NCBI GenBank assembly: GCA_964384035.1
Contig: CAYLIB010000005.1
Span: forward strand, 41,107-105,106
Length of the DNA: 64,000 bases
Direction of reading: 5' to 3'
DNA from: an uncultured Candidatus Saccharibacteria bacterium
GTDB taxonomy: Bacteria > Patescibacteriota > Doudnabacteria > UBA920
The first letter of the stretch is position 1. The number at the start of each line of letters is the position of its first letter. The translations under genes and the position numbers were made by a program. This document shows, piece by piece, positions 39,021 to 48,660 of the stretch. The notes beneath the pieces are model-generated. The model did not search any database. It saw nothing but the letters and a program-made list of their open reading frames with translations, and was not told the origin of the DNA.

Positions 39021-39045
39021 GTGAACCTTTTGGTTCATTTTTTTT
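39021..39045 (+). terminator. Rho-independent terminator
   Basis: GTGAACC-TTTT-GGTTCAT plus T run. Confidence 0.7.
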
Positions 39046-39110
39046 AGGACATTTATTTTGAATTTGATTAGACTTCCCTATTATTTGAAAATTTAAAGAG
39101 GGGACTATAG

Positions 39111-39416
39111 ATGTTAACTAATTTGATTGTAAGATTCTTGGGTGTTAGAGGTTTAAGGATTAATACAGCCGTGCTTTGGTTGTTGTGGTTACCTATGGCT
39201 TACGTAACAGTTTTTCCAAAAGCTGTTGTACCAGAAAGTATTTTTAAATTTGGACGAAATGCTGATACGGTAATATTCTTATCCAGTTGGGTTTTAAGTG
39301 TAAAAGCCTATATTGCCTTATACGCGACTGTTTTGATCTACTGGATACCCCTTATGCTACTTACCTACTGCGCCTTACAAAAAATTAAAAATAATATAGA
39401 TGGTGACCCTAGTTAG
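39111..39416 (+). CDS. Hypothetical membrane protein
   Basis: SD GAGGGG, 2-3 hydrophobic segments, followed by hairpin and T run. Confidence 0.55.
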   Translation: MLTNLIVRFLGVRGLRINTAVLWLLWLPMAYVTVFPKAVVPESIFKFGRNADTVIFLSSWVLSVKAYIALYATVLIYWIPLMLLTYCALQKIKNNIDGDPS

Positions 39417-39647
39417 TTAGGGTTGTTTTTTTAAATTTCGACAGGGGAGTATGGGCGCTTAGTTTGGTTTGGAGATGGTTAATTAGTAATTAAATATGTG
39501 ATCTAATAAGGCGCGGGTAATCAAGCTGGTAATGGTATTAGGATTAGGTACAGAGTACAACGAAGGTTGTAAAAGGTTTATTGGTTATAAGGAGGCTAAA
39601 TATATAAACAGTAAAATGTACATTATAAAACGATTTATATCTATACT

Positions 39648-39675
39648 GTGTCGCATAAGATACATTGCGCGACAC
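39648..39675. other. 28-bp 11-6-11 imperfect palindrome (dif/tyrosine-recombinase-site-like)
   Basis: GTGTCGCATAA-GATACA-TTGCGCGACAC; arms match 9/11 as inverted repeats. Confidence 0.45.
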
Positions 39676-39932
39676 GCAATGTATTTGAATGAATAACTCT
39701 CTTTTTGAATAATCTATGCTCCCCTGATGTTTAATTTTGTTGTTTGTGTGTTCGATGTTTAGCTGGTACATTTTTTCTTTTTTACCCTCAGCTTGTCTAT
39801 GCCTCCATTAAGTTAACAATAAATATTTTTATCTTTTAATAAAATATTTTTAAATTTTTTTTTATAAGTAGTTTCTGGTTAGTACAGTTTTTTTACTTTC
39901 AATATACTTTTTATGGTATACGGTCGTACACT

Positions 39933-40274
39933 CTATTTTTTGCTATTAGAAATAAACCCTGCTCGTATTGCTTCGGCTTCTGTGGTGAAGCATTGTTCAG
40001 GGCTGACTGAAGCATAACCTTTAGTGCCAGGTAGGTAGTATTTCTTTGTTCCTCTAACTGGTACGTTGCCTTTGATAATGCATTTGGAATCTGCCAATCC
40101 CCTTTTGTCATTTTCAGATTCTGTGGTATAATGTTGATAATTGTTAAGGGAAGAATCGTTTGAATGTTTATAGTAATGTCTAGCAGTACCGAACCCAGCA
40201 ATAAATATCGCGGTCATTACTACCGCCATTTTAATTTGATCTTTAGTTGATAAATCAAATAATTCTAATTTCAT
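39933..40274 (-). CDS. Membrane-anchored protein with Ada-like/thermonuclease-associated small domain
   Basis: TM, then CIIKGNV...YYLPG...CFTTEAEAIRAGF. Confidence 0.75.
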   Translation of the reverse strand: MKLELFDLSTKDQIKMAVVMTAIFIAGFGTARHYYKHSNDSSLNNYQHYTTESENDKRGLADSKCIIKGNVPVRGTKKYYLPGTKGYASVSPEQCFTTEAEAIRAGFISNSKK

Positions 40275-40275
40275 A

Positions 40276-41562
40276 ATGCAATACGCATTTGTACTAGGTA
40301 GAGTTTTTACTTTATCCCTAGCCGAGTTAATAGTAGTTTTAGCTAAGTATGCGCCTGAGGCAAAAATTATCGACGCGTCTTTTGAGGTTGCTATTGTAGA
40401 GACAGATAAACAACTTGATATTCAGAGGCTGCAAAAGGAGCTCGGTGGGATAGTAAAGATATTAAAAGTTGTAGATATTGTAAAGAAAAAACCCGGTGAT
40501 TCTGTAAACTTTGCGCTTCAGAACTACTTTAAGCCTAGTAAAATTAAAAAGGATTTTCTTAAGAATACTAAAGGTAAAATTCAGTTTGGGGTTAGTATTT
40601 ATTTGATGGATGAGCAGGTTAACGCTTTTGGTGAGCCAAAAAAGCTTGGGATGTTTATTAAACGAGCCATGCAGGATGCTGGTAGTAGTATTAGGCTGGT
40701 TTTGCCTGAATTTAACTCATTAGCCCTGGCTTCTGTAGTAGTAACTAATAATCAGATGCTAGAAAAAGGCGCAGAGATTTGTATTTTGACTAATAACGAA
40801 ACACTCTACGTAGCAAAGACGCTATCTGTACAAGATTTTGAGGATTATGGACGTAGAGACTACCAAAGACCGGCAAGAGATGATAAGCAAGGTATGATGC
40901 CGCCTAAAGTAGCCCAAAGTATGTTAAATTTGAGCAAGGTAAGCCCTAATGATGTAGTTTTAGATCCTTTCTGTGGTGTGGGAACGATATTGCAAGAAGG
41001 TATGCTTTTAGGTTTAAGGTGTTTAGGTACCGATATAAATAAAATTGCTATTTCAAATAGTGAAAAGAATTTAGAATGGTTTAGGAACAGATATAAAATA
41101 CCCAAAGGTAAGTATCATTTAGAAATAAGTGACTCACGGGAAGTGTCTAAAGTCGTAGATATTCTATTGCAAACAGGTGTATTTAAAAATATAAGCGGGG
41201 TGGTCACAGAAGGTTATCTGGGTCCCTTATATTCATCTTTTCCTCCTTCGGGAGACATAGATAAGAACTTTAAAGAGCTAAAAAAGCTTTGGACTGACAG
41301 CTTGAAAGAGTTTGCTAAGTTTTTACCAAAGGGTGCCAGGGTGGTGTTTTGTTTACCAGCATATAAGAAGGATAGGACCTCATATGTACTCATGCCTGAT
41401 ATTGACTTTGGTGGGGGTTTAGGTTATACTCCAAAGGATTCGATCCCCGAAAATATGGTTAAAAAGCTAGGTTTTCTGAGGATTACCAACCGAGGTACGG
41501 TTATTTACGACCGAAAAGATCAGGTGGTAGCTAGAGAAATAATAATTTTAGAAAAGAACTAA
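40276..41562 (+). CDS. TRM11-like SAM-dependent RNA methyltransferase
   Basis: RDYQRP, GMMPPKVA, VLDPFCGVGT, VTEGYLGP. Confidence 0.85.
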   Translation: MQYAFVLGRVFTLSLAELIVVLAKYAPEAKIIDASFEVAIVETDKQLDIQRLQKELGGIVKILKVVDIVKKKPGDSVNFALQNYFKPSKIKKDFLKNTKGKIQFGVSIYLMDEQVNAFGEPKKLGMFIKRAMQDAGSSIRLVLPEFNSLALASVVVTNNQMLEKGAEICILTNNETLYVAKTLSVQDFEDYGRRDYQRPARDDKQGMMPPKVAQSMLNLSKVSPNDVVLDPFCGVGTILQEGMLLGLRCLGTDINKIAISNSEKNLEWFRNRYKIPKGKYHLEISDSREVSKVVDILLQTGVFKNISGVVTEGYLGPLYSSFPPSGDIDKNFKELKKLWTDSLKEFAKFLPKGARVVFCLPAYKKDRTSYVLMPDIDFGGGLGYTPKDSIPENMVKKLGFLRITNRGTVIYDRKDQVVAREIIILEKN

Positions 41563-41571
41563 GATAACAAT

Positions 41572-41862
41572 ATGGCACATAAGAAAGCCGGAGGTTCAAC
41601 CAGTTTAGGCCGTGACTCAGTTTCCAAGAGACTTGGAGTTAAAGTTTACGGCGATCAAAAAGTTAAAAAGGGTGGTATTATTGTTCGTCAAAAAGGTACC
41701 AAGTATCATGCAGGTAAGAACGTAGGTACTGGTGGCGACTATACCCTATTCGCTCTTTCTGACGGTATAGTTAAGTTCCAAAATAAGCAACAGAAGAAAT
41801 TTCACGGTAACTTAAAGAAGACAAAAATTGTAAGCGTGGTACCTTCTGCACCTGCTAAATAA
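41572..41862 (+). CDS. rpmA: 50S ribosomal protein L27
   Basis: [20 protein letters not shown]. Confidence 0.98.
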   Translation: MAHKKAGGSTSLGRDSVSKRLGVKVYGDQKVKKGGIIVRQKGTKYHAGKNVGTGGDYTLFALSDGIVKFQNKQQKKFHGNLKKTKIVSVVPSAPAK

Positions 41863-41869
41863 GCTTTTT

Positions 41870-41904
41870 AAAAAAAGAAACCCCGAGATGGGGTTTCTTT
41901 TTTT
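41870..41904. terminator. Bidirectional terminator (rpmA/pyrG)
   Basis: AAAAAAAGAAACCCC-GAGAT-GGGGTTTCTTTTTTT. Confidence 0.9.
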
Positions 41905-41915
41905 ACTTAATCGGT

Positions 41916-43616
41916 TTATTTTTTAGCTAGTTTTTGGACTGCTTTTATGAACCCATTAAATAATGGATGAGGGTTTCTAGGATGAGATTTGAACTCTGGG
42001 TGAAATTGACTAGCTACAAAATATGGATGGTTTTTGAGTTCTATAATTTCCACTAGTTGTCCGTCAGGTGTAGTTCCTGAGATAACTAATCCAGCTTGTT
42101 CTAGTTTGTCTCTAAATTCATTATTGAATTCATATCTATGTCTATGTCTTTCAGAGATTTTTGCTTGTCCTTGGCTCTTTATCCAACCTTGTTTAAGGTA
42201 TTCTTTTTCTGTAATAGTTCCTCGTTTAATGATACAGTCCCAAGCACCTAAGCGCATAGTCGCTCCATATTCTCTGTTTAGGAGTTTTTTCTCTTGGTCT
42301 GGCATTATATGGATTACAGGAAATTCTGTGTTTGAATCTACTTCGGTGGTATTAGCGTTCTTTAATTTTGCGACATTCCTAGCGAATTCAATTGTTGCCA
42401 TTTGCATGCCGTAACATAGACCAAGGTAAGGTATTTTATTTTCACGAGCATATTTTACAGTCTCGATCATACCTTCTGTGCCTCTGCTACCAAATCCACC
42501 TGGTACAACTATGCCGTCGAAATCCTTTAATACTTCGGCTGCACCCCTTTTTTCTATGTCGATACTTGAAATCCAGGTAAGTTTGCTTTTGATGTTGTTA
42601 TTCCAAGAGGCATGTTTAATGGATTCTACGACTGAGATATATACATCTGCTAGTTTGTAATCCCCTGTTTCAAAATATTTTCCTACAACAGCGATGTTTA
42701 TGTGCTTATCTGAGTTGGATATTTTAGTTATCTTAGAAAGAAGATTTTGCCATTCTTTAATATCAGATTTTTTAGATTTTAATTTGAATTTTTCTAAGAT
42801 TTTGTCAGTAAGACCTTGCTTTTCAAAGTTTAAAGGGACTCGGTAGATTGTGTCGGCGTTAGGCGCAGAAATTATGTTTTCTTTAGGTATATTACATGTC
42901 CAGGCTAAAGTTTCTTTTCTTCTATCGTCTAGTTCTGCTTCTGCTCTACCTATTAAAAAGTCGGGTTGGATACCAGAAGCGATTAATTGTCTTACAGAAT
43001 TTTGTACAGGTTTAGATTTCATCTCGCCGATACTTGGAGGGGTTGGTAAATAACCTACGTGGATATGAAGTACATCTCTATTATCTCTGTATTTCATGAT
43101 CCTATTTGCTTCTATAAAGAGAATGTTCTGGTACTCCCCTACTGTACCCCCAACTTCTACGATAACAATATCTGCATTTCTTTCTCTTGCAGCTTTTTCA
43201 AGTCGATTTATTATTTCCTCAGGGACATGCAGGGCAACTTCTACGTCCTCTCCTTCGTATTCGAAATTTCTTTCTTTGTTGATGATGTTTTGGTATAGTT
43301 GTCCATTGGTAACATAGTTTGCGCTAGATAACCAAGTACCCATAAATCTTTCATAATTACCTAAGTCTTGGTCGGTTTCGACGCCGTCGTCTGTAACGAA
43401 AACTTCTCCATGTTCCTGTGGTCTAATTGTCCCTGCGTCTATGTTTAGATAGGCGTCACATTTAACAGGAGCTACTTTATATCCGCGTGCTTCTAAAAGT
43501 GCTGCAATACTTGAAGTGGTTACGCCTTTGCCTACGCTTGAAATAACTCCACCTGATATAAAAATGAATTTAGTTTTTAGTTTTTCTGCTTGTCTTGGTT
43601 TTACATGGTAGGACAT
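41916..43616 (-). CDS. pyrG: CTP synthase
   Basis: GGVISSVGKG, EVGGTVG, PGGFG, GLCYGMQ, ERHRHRYE, SQFHPEF. Confidence 0.97.
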   Translation of the reverse strand: MSYHVKPRQAEKLKTKFIFISGGVISSVGKGVTTSSIAALLEARGYKVAPVKCDAYLNIDAGTIRPQEHGEVFVTDDGVETDQDLGNYERFMGTWLSSANYVTNGQLYQNIINKERNFEYEGEDVEVALHVPEEIINRLEKAARERNADIVIVEVGGTVGEYQNILFIEANRIMKYRDNRDVLHIHVGYLPTPPSIGEMKSKPVQNSVRQLIASGIQPDFLIGRAEAELDDRRKETLAWTCNIPKENIISAPNADTIYRVPLNFEKQGLTDKILEKFKLKSKKSDIKEWQNLLSKITKISNSDKHINIAVVGKYFETGDYKLADVYISVVESIKHASWNNNIKSKLTWISSIDIEKRGAAEVLKDFDGIVVPGGFGSRGTEGMIETVKYARENKIPYLGLCYGMQMATIEFARNVAKLKNANTTEVDSNTEFPVIHIMPDQEKKLLNREYGATMRLGAWDCIIKRGTITEKEYLKQGWIKSQGQAKISERHRHRYEFNNEFRDKLEQAGLVISGTTPDGQLVEIIELKNHPYFVASQFHPEFKSHPRNPHPLFNGFIKAVQKLAKK

Positions 43617-43661
43617 TTTTTAATCTTTGTTTGACTCCGGTATGATCGGAGTGTTTAATAT

Positions 43662-44108
43662 TTAAATTGATTCTAATTTGATGTTCACTTTAGCTTTTAG
43701 ACCGTCTTGTAACTTGATTTCTACTGTATGCTCACCTAAATATTTAATTTGTGGTAATGAAACTATTTTTCCGCTACTAAAATTTGTACCTAATTTTTGA
43801 TTCATTACCTCAAGTATATCTTTTTCTCTTATGCCTCCATATAAATGACCGTTCTCCCCTACTTTGACTTTAATTGTAAAAATTTTCTTTTCTATTTCGT
43901 TTTTTAGATTTTCCGCTTTTTGTTTGTCACGGTTTTTTTTATCTTCCGCGTCTTTTTGTTCTTTATTTATTTTATTAAGAGTTTGACTACTAGCTTCCGA
44001 GGCAAAACCTTTTGGAATTAGAAAATTCCGTGCAAGGCCGTCACTTGTTTCTACAACTTGGCCTCTTTTGCCAAGTTTAGGATAATCTTTGATTAATAGA
44101 ATTTTCAT
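43662..44108 (-). CDS. rplI: 50S ribosomal protein L9
   Basis: LGKRG.VV...GLARNFLIPKG, LYGGI. Confidence 0.95.
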   Translation of the reverse strand: MKILLIKDYPKLGKRGQVVETSDGLARNFLIPKGFASEASSQTLNKINKEQKDAEDKKNRDKQKAENLKNEIEKKIFTIKVKVGENGHLYGGIREKDILEVMNQKLGTNFSSGKIVSLPQIKYLGEHTVEIKLQDGLKAKVNIKLESI

Positions 44109-44217
44109 ATTAAATAAATAAGACCCTCAAAGAAGACTGGCTTCAAGAGAGTCGACTACTAAGTTATTTAGAGGCTCTTTCTAAGTATACTTTGTATTCA
44201 GAAATAAGCAAGTTGAC

Positions 44218-45165
44218 TTATATTTTTAAGTGCTTTCTCATGGCTAGAAGACTAGAGATAACTGTGAGTACAATAGCCGAGGAAATTTGAAATATAAGAA
44301 GTATCCAGTAATTAGAGACAGGGAGGTTGTAGACAGTAGTAGAAAGGCTAAAAAAGTTCACAGTACTTGCTTCAGGGCTTACGTATGCTATTACCTGAGG
44401 CATGACTTTTATAAAAACTGGTACAAAAACTAATCCGGTAATAAGGGTAGCTGTAATACTATAGAGGAGAGCCTCTATAACGAACGGTCCTCTTATATAC
44501 CAATTGGTTGCGCCTACTAAACGCATGATTTCAATTTCTTCTTTTCTATTATAGACAGTAAGTGCAATGGTATTGAAAATAACTAAAATTGCGATAATAG
44601 CGAAGACAGTCGCGAGAACAACACCTAAAGCAATAATAAAATCTAAGGTTTTTCCTAATCTCTCAATAACTTTACGATTATCTTCGAAATTTACTTTTTC
44701 TATGTATGTTTTGTATTTATCAGAGTTAAGCTCTTCTGCTATTTGCGGATAGAAAGTTAGATCTTTGGCTTTTACATGAAGCGTAGCCTGAAGTGGGTTT
44801 TCTGTGAGTTCTTCTAAGGCTGAGAGTATTGCTGGGTCGTTTTTGTGTGAATCCTTAAATTCTTTAAGTGCTGTTTCTGCAGAAGTATAGGAAATTTCCT
44901 TTATTAAGGGACTTGTTTCAAGTTGATCTTTGATCTTTAAAATACTTGGTTCTGTAATATTGCTTTTGAAATAAACACTGATATCTACTCTTTCTTTAAC
45001 AGTATTTACTGTGTAGTTGGTTACTCCGTAGAGAATAATAAGTATAGAAAAAATTAATAAAGTTATTACTAAAACCAAGGTAGCTGCCGTAGATAACCAA
45101 AGATTACGCCAGAAACCTTTGAAACCGTTTTTAATAATTCTAAAAAATATTATCGAGTCCCACAT
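44218..45165 (-). CDS. ftsX: Cell division permease FtsX
   Basis: FWRNLWLS, NTI.L...R.EEIEIMRLVGATNWYIRGPF. Confidence 0.93.
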   Translation of the reverse strand: MWDSIIFFRIIKNGFKGFWRNLWLSTAATLVLVITLLIFSILIILYGVTNYTVNTVKERVDISVYFKSNITEPSILKIKDQLETSPLIKEISYTSAETALKEFKDSHKNDPAILSALEELTENPLQATLHVKAKDLTFYPQIAEELNSDKYKTYIEKVNFEDNRKVIERLGKTLDFIIALGVVLATVFAIIAILVIFNTIALTVYNRKEEIEIMRLVGATNWYIRGPFVIEALLYSITATLITGLVFVPVFIKVMPQVIAYVSPEASTVNFFSLSTTVYNLPVSNYWILLIFQISSAIVLTVISSLLAMRKHLKI

Positions 45166-45295
45166 TGCTTTTTGTGATCTCTGAGATTAAAAATGATAGT
45201 TTTTCTTGGATCCGGGTCCCTCTGTTTAAGAAAAATCAGCGGAAAGGGTGAGTAATGAGAGGGAAAACCATGTTTTCCATTTCATAAGCGAAGCG

Positions 45296-45973
45296 TTATA
45301 GTTTATATTTACCTTTTTCTTGTTCAAAGGTTACTTGGCCACCTTCTATTGTTATAACGCGCTTTTTAAGTTTGTTTACTATATCTGCAGCGTGGGTTGC
45401 TAATAAGACTGTGGTGCCCAGTTTGTTTATTTTAAGTAAAAGTTCAATAATTTCATTTGCATTTACTTCGTCGAGGTTGCCTGTGGGTTCGTCTGCTAAA
45501 AGTAAAACTGGTCTGTGCGACAGACTTCTGGCTATGGCAATTCTTTGTTTTTCTCCTCCAGACATTTCGTCTGGGAAATTGTCTTTTTTATGCAGCAGAC
45601 CTACGAGTTCGAGAATTTTAGGAACTTCTACTTTTATTTTGTCCATTTTGTAGCCACTAACTTCCATGGCGAAGGATACATTCTCAAATGCAGTTCTTTT
45701 GGGTAATAGTTTGATATCTTGAAACACCATACCTATTTTTCTTCTCAGAAAAGGGAGGTCTGATTTTTTTATAGTCGAAATGTCTATATTGTCTATAAGG
45801 ATTTGGCCGTGATCTATGTCTTCTTCTCGAGTAAGTAGCTTCATTAAGGTACTTTTTCCAGCGCCGGATAGACCGACAAGCGAAATAAACTCGCCATGGT
45901 TAATCTCTAAGTTTATACCATGGAGAGCCTTTGTGTCACCGTAATATTTGGTTACGTTTTTAAAAGATATCAC
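45296..45973 (-). CDS. ftsE: Cell division ATP-binding protein FtsE
   Basis: GLSGAGKST, RRKIGMVFQD, SGGEKQR, LLADEPTGNLD; upstream of ftsX. Confidence 0.93.
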   Translation of the reverse strand: MISFKNVTKYYGDTKALHGINLEINHGEFISLVGLSGAGKSTLMKLLTREEDIDHGQILIDNIDISTIKKSDLPFLRRKIGMVFQDIKLLPKRTAFENVSFAMEVSGYKMDKIKVEVPKILELVGLLHKKDNFPDEMSGGEKQRIAIARSLSHRPVLLLADEPTGNLDEVNANEIIELLLKINKLGTTVLLATHAADIVNKLKKRVITIEGGQVTFEQEKGKYKL

Positions 45974-46050
45974 AGAAAAATTATAACATAATTTTCAGTA
46001 ACTAGTTACAAGAATTAAATAACATACGGTATGAGATGAATATTTTGTTG

Positions 46051-47151
46051 TCATTTACCAATTGCCACTTGTTGTTCTAGGTATTTTTCTACAAATTCTT
46101 CCAACTCACCATTTAGTACCGCTTCGGTATCTGAAGTTTCATATTTAGTTCTATGGTCTTTAACTAACTGATATGGATGAAGGACATAGCTTCTAATTTG
46201 ATTTCCCCATTCCGCAGATTTGAATTCTCCTCTTAGTTGTTTTTTTTCCTTAGTTTCTTGTTCATCCATGAGCGCCTGTAGTTTACCTTGGAGGATTTTA
46301 AGAGCCAGTTCTTTATTTTGCGCCTGACTTCTTTCGTTTTGTATTGAGACTTTTAAGCCAGTTGGTTTATGGGTAATGCGAATGGCTGAATATGTTGTAT
46401 TTACGCTTTGGCCGCCATGCCCGGAAGCGGTATTTGCTTCTATTTCTAAATCTTTGGGATCGAGCTTGGCTTCTTCTTTGGCTTCAAGCACAGGGAGTAA
46501 TTCTAATAGGGCGAATGAAGTTTCTCTGGTGTGGGCAGGGTTAAAAGGGCTTAGTCTGACTAATCGGTGCACTCCGGCTTCGCTTTTTAGATAACCATAT
46601 GCGAATGAGCCAGTTACTTGAACTATTGTAGATTTTATTCCCGCTTCGCTACCTTTAGATAATTCTAATATTTCGGTTTTAAAGTTTTTTCTTTCGCAGT
46701 ACCTTAGAAACATCCTAAGAAGCATCTCTGCCCAGTCTTGAGCATCTGTTCCTCCAGCACCTGCGTGTATGGAAAAGATGGCATCATGATCATCGTATTT
46801 TTTGGAGAGAAGCGCGACGCTTCTGTTCTTCTTGAAAGAGTCTTCTAATTCCTTTACGCTCTTTTCAAGGAATTTTTGCGTCTCTTCAGATTCATCTGAA
46901 TTGCTTTCTAAAATTTGCCTAATCTCTTGTGTGTCTAAGCTTAGTTTTTCCCAAAATTTAACAAAGTCGCTCAGATTTTTGTGTGTTTGGTTAGTCTTTT
47001 GAGCAGATTCGTTATCTTTCCAGAAATTTTCGTCACGCATTGCGTCTTCAAGTTCGAGAATTTTCTGTTTTTTTTCTTCGATTCGTAGACTAATTACTAA
47101 CTCACTGATTGAAGTTTCTAGATTGGTTATTCGGTTAATTAGTTCGTTCAT
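46051..47151 (-). CDS. prfB: Peptide chain release factor 2 (no programmed frameshift)
   Basis: SPF specificity motif, GGQ, WGNQIRSYV; continuous ORF. Confidence 0.95.
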   Translation of the reverse strand: MNELINRITNLETSISELVISLRIEEKKQKILELEDAMRDENFWKDNESAQKTNQTHKNLSDFVKFWEKLSLDTQEIRQILESNSDESEETQKFLEKSVKELEDSFKKNRSVALLSKKYDDHDAIFSIHAGAGGTDAQDWAEMLLRMFLRYCERKNFKTEILELSKGSEAGIKSTIVQVTGSFAYGYLKSEAGVHRLVRLSPFNPAHTRETSFALLELLPVLEAKEEAKLDPKDLEIEANTASGHGGQSVNTTYSAIRITHKPTGLKVSIQNERSQAQNKELALKILQGKLQALMDEQETKEKKQLRGEFKSAEWGNQIRSYVLHPYQLVKDHRTKYETSDTEAVLNGELEEFVEKYLEQQVAIGK

Positions 47152-47630
47152 TATGGTATTTTTTTATATTCACAAAAAGTATATTCTGGAAAATCTTCTT
47201 CTCTAACCTTCTCCCACTCACTCCAATTCACTTTAGGGAAATACACATCTCCAGGGTATTCATTCTTAACGTGGGTTAAATACATGTACTCTCCCCTATT
47301 TATTGCCAATTCAAAAATTTGTGCCCCACCGATAACAAAAATGTCTTCATTTTTAAGCATTGAAAAAGCGTCTTCGATATTTTGAAAAACCAAAACTTCT
47401 TCTGGATATTTCTTTTCAGTATCTCTGGTAATAACTACATTTTTTCTGTTCGGTAAAGGTCTCCCCAGTCTTTTGAAAATAGAATCGAAAGTCTTCCTGC
47501 CCATAAGTACAGTTTTACCTTCGGTGATTTTTTTGAAATGTTTAAGATCCTCTGGTAAGTACCAGGGTAGGTCGTTGTCTCCACCTATAATTCCATTTGC
47601 CGCTACTGCGACTGGTCCGATTATTATCAT
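47151..47630 (-). CDS. folA: Dihydrofolate reductase
   Basis: IG..NDLPW..PEDLKHF, MGRKT, PLPNR, IGGA; start at ATG 47630. Confidence 0.95.
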   Translation of the reverse strand: MIIIGPVAVAANGIIGGDNDLPWYLPEDLKHFKKITEGKTVLMGRKTFDSIFKRLGRPLPNRKNVVITRDTEKKYPEEVLVFQNIEDAFSMLKNEDIFVIGGAQIFELAINRGEYMYLTHVKNEYPGDVYFPKVNWSEWEKVREEDFPEYTFCEYKKIP

Positions 47631-47704
47631 AAGTTTTATCAAGTTTATCAAGATTATTAAGTTTATAAAGTAACTTGTATTTTATATAAACTTGATAAAC
47701 TTTT
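47631..47704. repeat. Palindromic nonamer-repeat element
   Basis: 4 x AAGTTTATC/A-like units, spacer, 2 inverted units (TATAAACTT GATAAACTT). Confidence 0.85.
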
Positions 47705-47713
47705 CACTAGCGA

Positions 47714-48631
47714 TTATACCGCTATAGGTGCTCTAATGGCGGGCCAGAATTCGTAGTTCTCTAGTATGAAGTCTGAGAATTCAAATTCGTGAAGGTTCCT
47801 TCTATTTGGGTTTAGTCGCAATGTGGGTAGGTTTTTTGGCTCTCTTGTAAGTTGTACTTTGACTTGATCGAAATGGTTGTTGTATATATGGGTATCGCCA
47901 AGTGTATGAATGAATTCACCAGGTATAAGGCCTGTAACCTGAGCGATCATCATTATAAGCAGACTGTATGAAGCTATGTTAAATGGAACACCTAAAAACA
48001 CATCTGCGCTTCTTTGGTAAAGCTGACAAGATAATTTTCCATTGGCTACATAGAATTGAAATAAGCAGTGGCAAGGTGGTAGACCTGCTTTCGCCATCTC
48101 GTCTATATCTGAAACATTCCAAGCGCTTACTATCATCCTTCTTGAGTCCGGGTTGTTTTTTATCTGGTTAACTATATGGTCAATTTGATCAATAGAATTA
48201 CCATTAGGTGTGGGCCAGCTTCTCCATTGATAACCATAAATTGGGCCTAAATTTCCGTAATCCTTTGCGAATGCTTCGTCTATTTTAATTCGTTCCACGA
48301 ATTCGGACATTTGTTTTTTCCATTCTTCAGAATTTACTTCCGGAATAGGTAAGTTTTGTCTTTGTAAGAAAGCCTTGAACGGCCATTCGTCCCAAATGTG
48401 GACATCGTTAAGGGCTAAGTATCTTAAATTATTATCCCCTTTTAAAAACCAGAGAAGTTCATGGATTATAGACCTAAGTGCCATTTTTTTTGTGGTCATT
48501 AAAGGAAATCCTTCGCTTAGGTCAAAACGCATTTGATAACCAAAAATACTTTTTGTCCCTGTTCCTGTTCTATCTTGTTTTTCTGTACCTTTTTCTAAAA
48601 TGTGATTTAGTAGGTCATGGTATTGCTTCAT
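47714..48631 (-). CDS. thyA: Thymidylate synthase
   Basis: [31 protein letters not shown]. Confidence 0.97.
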   Translation of the reverse strand: MKQYHDLLNHILEKGTEKQDRTGTGTKSIFGYQMRFDLSEGFPLMTTKKMALRSIIHELLWFLKGDNNLRYLALNDVHIWDEWPFKAFLQRQNLPIPEVNSEEWKKQMSEFVERIKIDEAFAKDYGNLGPIYGYQWRSWPTPNGNSIDQIDHIVNQIKNNPDSRRMIVSAWNVSDIDEMAKAGLPPCHCLFQFYVANGKLSCQLYQRSADVFLGVPFNIASYSLLIMMIAQVTGLIPGEFIHTLGDTHIYNNHFDQVKVQLTREPKNLPTLRLNPNRRNLHEFEFSDFILENYEFWPAIRAPIAV

Positions 48632-48660
48632 ATGTATTTTTGTTTAATTTTCAAATTTAT

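Noticed and set aside
39544-39771. 75-aa minus-strand ORF across the dif-like site
   Set aside because: No recognisable motif or SD at proper spacing; composition looks non-coding.
39400-41916. Replication terminus inferred from the gene-orientation switch alone
   Set aside because: By eye the plus strand stays G/T-favoured at third codon positions on both sides; needs computed skew.
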